In this document: piece by piece, positions 54,201 to 64,000 of the stretch
Position numbering within the stretch: the stretch's first letter is position 1
Layout of the letters: every line of letters starts with the position of its first letter
Assembly: GCA_025786725.1 (NCBI GenBank)
Contig: JAHLTZ010000004.1
Span: 620,001 to 684,000, forward strand
Direction of reading: 5' to 3'
Source of the DNA: Syncephalis fuscata S228
Lineage: Eukaryota; Fungi; Zoopagomycota
DNA: 64,000 nucleotides
Program-made: the position numbers and the translations under genes
Notes under the pieces: model-generated
The model's database searches: none
What the model was told of the DNA's origin: nothing
Seen by the model: only the letters and a program-made list of their open reading frames with translations

Positions 54201-57200
54201 AACGGTTTGTGTTGTGAATCCGGAAAAAAAGGCGTTATGTCCGCCAAATACCGTAGGCGAAATCTGGGTAGATTCACCTGCATTAAGCGGTGGATTCTGG
54301 GGTCTAAAGAAACAAACACAGTCTATCTTTAGAGCACGTCCATTGTTATACGATGTTAATAGACCAGGTTATTCAGAACAGTTGGAACAAGAGTTCTTAC
54401 GTACTGGATTGCTAGGATGTTTAGTAGAGGGTGAACTTGTATTATTTGGATTCTATGAAGATCAAGTACATCAGGTTATAGCGCTAGATGAATTAAATGA
54501 AGATTCAGATAACGATACGACAAAGGATGCTGTATCCAGTGACATGCCTGAAGGTGACCTAATAGAGCCAGGAATGCGACTTCATTTCTCGCCCGATCTT
54601 ACTTATACAATTATGGCAAGAGTTGATGGCGTTATTTCATGGTAAGTTGACGTTAATTGAGTAACTACTAGTATTATTATTAACAAATATATTAGTGCCA
54701 TCTTTGATATATTTGAGAATAATGACTTTTTAACAGTTGTTTTACTTGAAAGCAAAGCACGTCCTGATGATATGCCAGATATTGTGCGTCTGGTCAATGT
54801 AGCCATGAAGAATTATCATAAATTGCAGCCTTATTGTGTATGTATTAGCGCACCAGGTGTATTGCCACGGACCCATCGTAATGGAAAAAATGACATTAAT
54901 CGTGAAGCTTGTCGACGCGACTTCCAAAATGGCAAGCTGGACTTTGCACATGTTTCTATGCAATTGGCCGAGTCGATTAAGCCGCTACCGGCTTTTGGTG
55001 AAGAGGATATACCAGGTAGGCATATGTGGCTACATTTTAATTAATTAGTATTAATATATCTTATTTAGAATCACCATTCCGTAATGGTAAACCACAGCAT
55101 ACAGGTATTGCACCCGAGGCTCAAGTGTTCGATGATCGTACTGGCATGGATATGGATCGTTTCCGCAGTATAACAGACATTCTTATTTGGCGTGCAAGTG
55201 TCTGTGGCGATGATTCTGCCTATACTTTATTGGATGGACGTGGCCGTGAATCTAAAACACTTACTTTCCGTAAATTGAGTGCCCGTGTCTCTAGTATTGC
55301 TCATCATTTGGTCGATAAACGTGGTTTACGGCCTGGTGACCATGTGCTACTTATTCTACCGCATGGGTTGGATTTTGTAGCTGCCGTACATGCTTGTCTT
55401 GTACTCGGTCTGGTAGCAATACCTGTAGCCCAGCCTGACTTGGAACGTCTTGATGAAGATCTGGCCTCCTTATTAGCACTAGTTGACGATTTTCAAATAC
55501 GCGGCGTCCTTGTTAATGCAAATACCGAGGAAACGCTGCGTAGCAAAGCATTCCAACAAGCACTTCGAGCCAAAGGTGAATCTACCGATCGTATACCCAG
55601 CTTGATCAATTTAGGCAAAGTATCATCAAGTAAAAAGGATCCATTGCTAGGTAGTGATGGCAGCTTCCGGTTGGATGAACGCTGGCTTCAGCCAGAACAC
55701 ACGGCGATGATTCAGGTCTATTATGATGCCGATTGTCGACGTACTGCCGTTAGACTAAGTCATGCTGCATTAGTTGCTCAATGTCGTGTACAGCGACTAG
55801 ACTGTCTACTAGTGCCATCACGCCCATTAATCTCATGTGTACGTTCCTACAACGGCCTTGGATTTCTACATAGCTGCATGCTAGGCATGTATGTTGGTAA
55901 GTAGTTATTTATATAAATATAAATATATAAATATCTGTAATTAACTAATTGATTCATTATATAATCTAGGCTGTCAGACACTTATGATAACACCATCAGA
56001 TCTATTTGCCAATCCGCAGATCTATTTTGAAGTGCTTCATCATTATAAATGTAAGTAATTATTATTAATTATAATTATTTATTAACAGCCATACAAATAG
56101 CCAAGGATGTTTATGTTACTTACCCAATGATGAAACATGCCATGAACAACGTGCAGAATGTGGATTATCGCTTATATTCACTGCAGAATGTCAAGTGTAT
56201 GATGTTAGCCTGTGATGGACGACCTCAGCCAGAGCATTGTAAGTAGCATTAAATGGTATTTAACCACATAGTGACTTATTATTATTGCTTCATAGATTCT
56301 TCATTGGTACAATTCTTTTTGGCTAATCGTCTCGATGATATTGCCATTACAACGGTTTATGGACCGGCAATCAATCCAATGATTAGTTCTCGTGCCTATC
56401 TCCAGTCACCTCCTCAGCCAGTTGTGCTAGATTTAAAGAGTTTGCGACATGGTAAAATTACTGTATTAGACGATAGCGATACAGCACCTTCAATATTACT
56501 TCATGATGCAGGCAAGGTAAGCAATCTACTGATACGCATATTATACAATTGCACATTAATTGAGCAATATTATTGAATATAGGTGCCTAGAAATACAATG
56601 ATTGCTATCGTCAATCCAGTCAGTTTCCGTCTTTGTCCACCATGCGAAGTGGGAGAGATTTGGGTAGCTAGTGCCTGTAACGGCATTGGCTTTGCTGGTC
56701 CTGAGGCTCAATATGAAGCGGCCATGTTTGATGCTCGTATTGAAGACGGCGATCCTCGATTGACCTATACTCGTACCGGTGATTTAGGATTCTTGTATCC
56801 AGATGCCAATGCTAAAAACACTGGTGTTATTGAACAGTTTCTTTATTACTTGGGTCCAATGGAGGGCACATTTGATATGCGCGGTCTTTGCTACTTCCCA
56901 GTGGATGTTGAAGCAACGATTGAACGATCTCACCCAAACATTTTAGAGAATGGCTGGTAAGTGATATAATGATGTATAGTTTATTGCTTTATTTAGAATA
57001 TATCGATAGTATCGTTCTTAAGCTGGAAAATCAAGACTTAGTGGCCATTGTTAAACTGGTCAATGCCAAAACGGATCAAGATGCTCTTTCGACTATTCCA
57101 TCAATGGTCAGTGCAGTACTGGATGCACATCAACTAATTCTGGATCGAGTTGTATTCTTGGCCTCTAATGGACTACCACTATCAAGATTGGGAGAGAAAA

Positions 57201-57883
57201 GACGAGCCTATGCCAAGCATATGCTAATAGAAAAGAAGCTACCGATTGTTTATACACAGCGCATTTCACCTCGTCCTAAACGAGCTGAAGCAGCACCGTC
57301 TAACATAAAATCGCCCAGTGCTATGCTAGATGCTAATGCAGCATTAGTTGATGGCATGCAACGACTTGAAGTTGAAGATCCGCGCCGTAGCCACTATAGT
57401 GCAACAGAATTGAGTTCAGATCATGGAGCTGATTCAGCATCTATCCAGTTTGATCGTCGAGCATCTAGAGAGTCAGAAATGCCGGAATATTCACCTAATA
57501 GTTCAGGTGCACCCACACCTACTATTCCACCAATTAAACCAGGCAGTATTTATAGTGTTAATTACCAATCGGAGATCATATCCTCACACTCGGCAGTGCA
57601 ATCGAAACTTACACGGTCACCTACATCGCCTACCGTATCATCGCGTGGTATTGGATTTAATACATTATTGGATAAAGAGCAGTCATCATTACCGTCATCA
57701 CCATTACTATTATCTAAAACACCGGCATCACCGGTTACTTATACCGCAGCTGTCACTACGCCTACTACCACTAATATTACTACTATTGCTTCTAATAATA
57801 AGAATAGAGATTCTTGGGACTTTATATACCAACAGATTAACCAAACAGGTAGTGAAAGGTCATTTGACCAAAAAGATGAATAA
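51290..57883 (+). CDS. DIP2: DIP2/Cmr2 family protein (DMAP1-binding domain + two FAAL-like adenylation domains), multi-exon
   Basis: N-terminal LNALEREYREGDITQKGYEKRR (DMAP1-binding); two repeats with GEIWVDSP/GEIWVAS and RTGLLG/RTGDLGF; about 10 short introns. Confidence 0.9.
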
Positions 57884-58116
57884 ATAAAGGTTTTATTATT
57901 GATTATTTTATAAATAACGATGAATAGCAATTAAATAGTTTGAATTTACAATGTAAACCTACTGTTATATAAATGAAATATGATAGTTTTATATTTACAG
58001 ATATTAACATATTACAGTTAGTTATATTTAATACAGCGACATTGACACTGCTTATTTGTATCATTTTCAATACACTAGTATTAAACAATTCATTAATAAT
58101 TTAGCATAGTTTGAGG

Positions 58117-58995
58117 ACAAATGACTTTTTAATAACATTCACGTAATTGATCTACACATTCAATCTATTGAACATGGGACAAGCGGTGAATTTTATTTAA
58201 TCATTACATCATCACATTTATTGCTTTTTGGTAATCAAATAACTATTTTTAATAAGATCCAATCTATTGAACATGATGGTGGGCGGTGAGCGACATCAAT
58301 CATCAAATACTGATCATTGTAGATTATTATCCAATATGCATATATCTTCTATCTATCTATAGCATTCTATGATATACTGGACATATTCTATTGTTTATAT
58401 GTTCCAATACCCTTCATTTATTCCGTTCATTACATTATATGCACTATAACTTTGACATCGTGCTATATGCTTTCTTACTGTACATTTATCATTCTATATA
58501 TTATTCTACACTCTTATAATTTCCTTTATCCAAAACTGTTTTTATTTTTATTCTAAATTTATTATTAATAAATGTCAACTAATTCCGCTCATTGATCATG
58601 CATATATACTTAATAACTTGATACTTTTAATTACCACCTAATACTATATATCATTTTATTCTCTAGTAAATACGCACTAGCTATTTCAGTTGCTCTTTTA
58701 GCTTTAAAGTTATTGTTAATAAATATCAACTTATTCCACCTCATTCATTTAGCAAGCTATACGTAATTAAAATCTATAATAAGATGATGTATTAAATATA
58801 GTATGTGATGATATATAATAGTATAGACATACATTGCTAACGATATATGTGTATCAAATATACATATATTGATAATAAATCTACAATGATGAGTATTTGA
58901 TGATTGATGTTACTCACCACTCACCATCATGTTCGATAGATTGAGTCTTATTAAAAATAGTTATTTGACCATCAAACAAACAATAAATGACTAGT
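58117..58995. mobile_element. Family A element, copy A6 (doubled left arm, diverged core)
   Basis: Arms at ~58130-58230, ~58262-58360 and inverted ~58860-58945. The right flank matches the reverse complement of the A2 left flank. Confidence 0.8.
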
Positions 58996-59364
58996 AAATT
59001 ATTTAATATAAAAATGCTTATTTTTATTTAATTAGTAAAGAAGATTATATATACAATATGATATTACAAGTCATCAATCGAATGGCATTGTACATAAAAA
59101 TACTATGAATAAGTTGAAATACTAATAAAAGAGTTACTCAAGTGGAGGAATAAAACAAAGAATAAAAACCAATTACATAAAAGCAAATATGTTTATAGAA
59201 TATGTCATCAGCAAATAAAAATTACCGTCGCACAGCACTTTTAGATCAAATCACGTAAAATGTGGCTCATCAACACACTTAGACGGCAAAACAATAACCT
59301 AATTCAACAATAAACTGAATAATATAAAGAAAGAGTACATTTTAAGCTTTTGTATTAGATTTAG

Positions 59365-60000
59365 GAGCTATTGTACTTGACTCCTATATTGTTATTTACT
59401 CATCTCACTTTCGTTTATTAATATTATAGACACGATCAAACACTCATTCATTACTATCACATGTATAATATTACATCCCACATTAGTTAATTCATGTGTA
59501 ATTAATTAGTTATTTTATTAATACTTCAATATATCTATTGTCATTGTGATATTAATTGTTCAAAATGCCATCTATTTAGGCAAATTAGCTATAAAGGAAT
59601 CGGCTGTTTAATAAACGACATTTATAATAACTATATTAATCTTGATCTTACATTACAAATATGCCCATAATACAATAGTAGAATATTAGAAAATAGAAGA
59701 GGCCATTCAGATGCAATAATCCATACTGTATGTAGATGCAACAACAACACATACAGAATGATATGCAATTGCGATCATATGGCTTTTATTAATATTCAAT
59801 CAATCTTTCTACACATGGTCAACAACAACAACAGTCGGCCTCAAATGCTTCAAAGAAATTAAATAGTATGTTACATTATTTATTTAAATTAATTTATTAA
59901 CAATATTTTAATAGGAAGTAGTATAATTTTGATGTATATAACGGTATAACTTCAATTGAAACGAATTTTGCTTTGAGAGCTCAAAGTACAATTCAGTCAG
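59365..60000 (+). repeat. Dispersed repeat family B, copy B3
   Basis: Colinear similarity with 13460-13975 (e.g. GGCTGTTTAATAAACGACATTTATAATAA, AATTTTGCTTTGAG). Confidence 0.8.
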
Positions 60001-60326
60001 AAATGGCAACAAAGACGTGGCGCCACCTAATTTTAGACAATGATGACATTGCTGCCCCTACATTTAGAGACAATAGACACACACCACACAAGTAGATACA
60101 CAGACATCGTTACTATCCACACACAAATAAATACGCACACACATTACACTCTTCCATATCACAGTTTATAGGATTGACACGCGTGTTGGTACCAGTTCCT
60201 CATCTCTTCATCTACTATCAATCATCTACTACTACTCTCATCTTTGTACTCTCTCTCACACTTACTCTTTCACCCTCTCCACTACTCTATTCATCTCAGC
60301 AACCTTTCATAACCTTGAACTTCGAC

Positions 60327-61058
60327 ATGTCCGGCCTTGATAAGTTCCGTGAGGTAAGTAGACGTCATCATCATCCCGCCTAGTAAGGCGGCGGTTCACT
60401 GTCTATTCCGACACCGGCAACGCGTATATGAATAACATCAACTAACACTGGTTTATTTTGCTTATTAGCGTTTGAATGCTTTGCGTGCCGAGGCAGATAC
60501 TGCGCAAGAACGTGCAGAGCAAGCAGAGCTTAAGGCGCGAAAATTAGAAGAAGATATTGGCTCTAAGGAACAAGAACTCACTGTAGCCCAAAAGCGCATC
60601 CAATTTTTGGAAGAGCAGTTGGATCAGACAGCCGACCGTTTGCAGGAGACTAAACAGCATAACCAGGATGTAGACGCTCATCGCGGTGAAGCCGAAGTTC
60701 TTGCTCGCAGAAACGGCATTCTCGAAGAGAAGCTGGAGGCAAGTGAGGCCAGCCTCAAGGAGGTCACTGAAAAGTAAGTGTAATAAAAATTGGCATTTAT
60801 AGTTTTTGGCTAAATAGCCGATTTACTGTTATAATGGATATGCAAATGATTTATAATTAAATAATTAACTATTTATTATTTATTATTTATTATAGATTGC
60901 GCCAAACCGATGTTAGAGCCGAACATCTTGAGCGTAAGGTCCAGCAGCTTGAAGGAAAGCATGATGAGTTTGAGACCAAGGTCCAGGAAGAAAAGGAGAA
61001 ATACGCAACTCTCAAGGCTGAGTTTGACGAAGCAATGAAGGCGCTTGAAGAATTGTAA
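60327..61058 (+). CDS. TPM: Tropomyosin, 164 aa; exons 60327-60353, 60469-60773, 60896-61058
   Basis: MSGLDKFRE|RLNALRAEAD...EKLRQTDVRAEHLERKVQQLE; continuous coiled coil of fungal Cdc8/Tpm length. Confidence 0.92.
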
Positions 61059-61422
61059 AGCATCAACTACTGGAGATGTTGTCTTATATTTCGGTGTCCG
61101 TCACAACTCAGTTATTGTTTTTAAAGAACAATAAAAAGCAAATAGTTGCACTATATGGGAATCAATTAGACATGTTTACTATTATTATTATCTAATAGAA
61201 TAATATTGGTATCTTAGTGTTACGATTTATTATTAGTGGTTCAATCAATACAATCAGTTATAATAAAGTATTGAAAGCAAATAGTATTGTTTATCACCAA
61301 TAAATGGAATAAGAAATAGAGGTTAAGACTAAATGACATATTATTCAATAAGATAGAACGACCTGCGTAATTCTTATGAAATAAAATAAGGTAATAAGGA
61401 TTAGTTGCCGGTGTCAGTGTTG

Positions 61423-64000
61423 TTAGTTGGTGGCAGTATCGTTGGCGGCAATAAATGGATTTGTTTCTTGTGTTTGCAGAGTAGAACGAGTATTATTATT
61501 TAAAGGAGCACCAGTGGCAAGCGATGGCTGTGACAAAGGTGCTTGCGGTGATTGTGAATTAGTAGCTTGTGTATTCTCAGCTGTTCTGTCCAAGGCTGAG
61601 TTTGTCTCCATTGGTGGTGGCATAGGACGGACCATTGGCGGTGGATGCAACTCTTGAGGCGACCAGTACGATGGTCTGCGCTGTCGTGGAGGAAACGGCA
61701 ATGGAGGTGCAGGCGGTGTAAATGGCGATACTGGCGTATTATTAGACATAGGCAGTGGGGATGCCTGAGTATTGATAGTCAATGGTCGAGGCTGAGGTTT
61801 ATTGTTGCGACGGAAGGGACGTGCAAATAGTGCTAATACAGCAGCTATGCCTAAGCCTTTCTTAATGTTTGAGCCATTTTCGGCACGAGATCGGTCATTA
61901 GAGACGGTATTATTTAATGCAGTTGCCTGTCGGCTGCCTGGAGTATCTTGAGCTTCTAGACCACGTTCCAACTGCTTTTGACGCTCCTCTTCCTCCATGG
62001 CACGTAGCTGACGATTGCTTACTCGTTGCCAATAGGATGCCTTTGACTTAGGTAATGGCAATCGACCACGAATACGATGCGTGCCGGTGCCAGGCTGCCA
62101 AACCGATAGTAGCAATAGTGCCCAACAACGTAATGTATGTGCCAAGTACAGTAGAATGCAAGCCAGTAAAGACAATGATTCTTTTGCACGTAGCTCTGGA
62201 CTATCGACAATAATGTCGTGTAGCAAGGCAAGCAGTGCACTTAATGCGCCAAATCCGCACAAAAGAGAGACCTAAGTATGTATTATTTAGATAATGGACA
62301 TTAAAAGTATTTAATAATACTTACTTCAGTATAGGGACGATGCTTGCCGCGGGGACGGACTACAAGGTGTCTTACCATATGGAAGCACCAAATACCTACA
62401 CTGTGTGTTAACACGTCTATTATTACTGTTGTTGGCAAGCTTACCAAAGGCTGAAAATAATCCAATGGACATGATGGCAATGCCTTTCAGGGCCCAGCTA
62501 TACGATATGGCCCAAGGTGGAAGAGCAAAGGTAAGCGTGCGATAAAACAGAAGTAGCTTGAATCGGAAGGCAAAGCTGCCAAATGCTGAGATAATTACAG
62601 CTAAAACAAGACTGCCCAGTATAAAGGACATGCACTGGGCGTGGAATCGAGCTAATACACATGCACTAATTATTATAAATAAGTATAAGGTTTTCGTGAT
62701 AATTATAATTAATTACCGACGAATGATTACAGATATCAATACAAGACCATCGATTAGAAACGCAACCATACGCATCATCATATCAGGATCTATGAATCTT
62801 GGTAATACAAACGAGATGGATACAGCTAAATTATATGGCTTAGCTTTTGCACAAAATAGTAGCTGGCAAACTTACTAATGGTGACTATCCAAGCAATGAT
62901 TAAATCACAAAGAGAAATGGTGAATCCAAGGTTGAAGCAACAGCTTAGTACAAAGCTGAAGATCATTGTAATGATCATGCTGATAATAAGCTTTTAAACT
63001 AAGCTATTAGATAGATGTGGATTAATAAAAGGTATAGCTACTTACAATTGCAAAAAAGATCCAACCAGATATCCTACAGCCACGCGTATATAGTTCTTGC
63101 ATTTCAGGTTGAGTAGGCACTTCTAATAAACGATGCGTATTTATTACTACATGTTTAACGTGTCATTTTCTCTATTTCACTTACCATCTATGATAGCAAA
63201 ATCAAATTTAAGAGCTGCAGCTCGAGCCATATCTGGATTTGCTGTAGTCTCCATAAGGCGATCGGTCACTGGACTAGGTGCCACCGCAATAACGCGAGAG
63301 TCAGGAGATAGACCAGGCTCTTTTTTATCCTTTAGTTGGCGGGTAAGGGCAGCCATTTGACGTGAAAATCCGTCAGGATCACTAGACGAGTCGGTGACAT
63401 TTAGCGCTGACTGAGAAGATGGTGGTTCATTATTGATCTCGTTGGATTTTGTTGAAGGCAATGTAATAATCGTTTGAACAGGAGGACATTTTGCCTTGTT
63501 TAGTCTAATTATGAGTCTGGAAAGAGCATCTTCCAAGGTTTTATAACATAAACACTGGCCATTACAGTGGACGGTGGGACGTAATTTGGTGTCGGGCGGT
63601 GTTTGTGTACTATTATGACTAGAGGTAGGCAATGACTGTGACGGTGGTATGATGACTGGATAATTTTGCGCAAATAGAGCGTTAACCGATGGGTCTGGCT
63701 GAACTAGTAAGCCCAACTGCTTGATACCAGCCATAAAACTGTCTTGTTGATCACATTCTAGCTGTGTCACATTGATATTTGTTTGGAAACAGCCAGTCGC
63801 ATTTTCAGTACGAGTTATTTTGATCGGTAAAAGAAAGCCATTTTTGGCGGTATCAATTCCTTGACTGTCTTCTGACGAATTGCCAAGCAAAATGATGCTA
63901 TTTGGCAATTTCATTTGTTGGCCACCCAGATTTAAAGACAATGTAACAAGGGGGAAATTTCCGGTAGAGGGCGAAGCATCAACATTAGCCACGTTCAGAA
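61423..64000 (-). CDS. Putative 7-TM receptor-like protein with large N-terminal ectodomain (5' end outside window); exons >64000-63185, 63122-63046, 62990-62876, 62825-62717, 62665-62445, 62395-62325, 62271-61423
   Basis: Manual splicing at GT-AG sites gives an open frame with seven hydrophobic helices and a Pro-rich cytoplasmic tail. Confidence 0.65.

Overview
Eukaryotic, AT-rich, intron-containing DNA from a fungus. The short (~50-110 nt) introns and gene set suggest an early-diverging lineage, possibly Zoopagomycota/Syncephalis-like; this is inference only. Recognisable genes: F-box/LRR protein, Ssh4-like SPRY membrane protein, SYS1, IML2/TTC39, COA3 (not in the ORF track), NFS1, IAH1-like SGNH esterase, an NsdD-type GATA factor, tRNA-Ala(AGC), a PH-domain protein, DIP2/CMR2, tropomyosin and a truncated multi-exon 7TM receptor-like gene, plus several orphan signal-peptide/single-TM proteins. 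Intergenic DNA carries six copies of a long-inverted-repeat (MITE/foldback-like) family, three copies of a second repeat family and a ~26-bp minisatellite. The most notable observations are: (1) a U12-type minor-spliceosome intron in COA3; (2) an unannotated secreted, Kex2-processed six-cysteine hairpin peptide gene with an in-frame TAG in the mature peptide; (3) a repeat copy whose core is flipped relative to its arm; (4) many same-polarity single-base frame breaks, most likely assembly errors.
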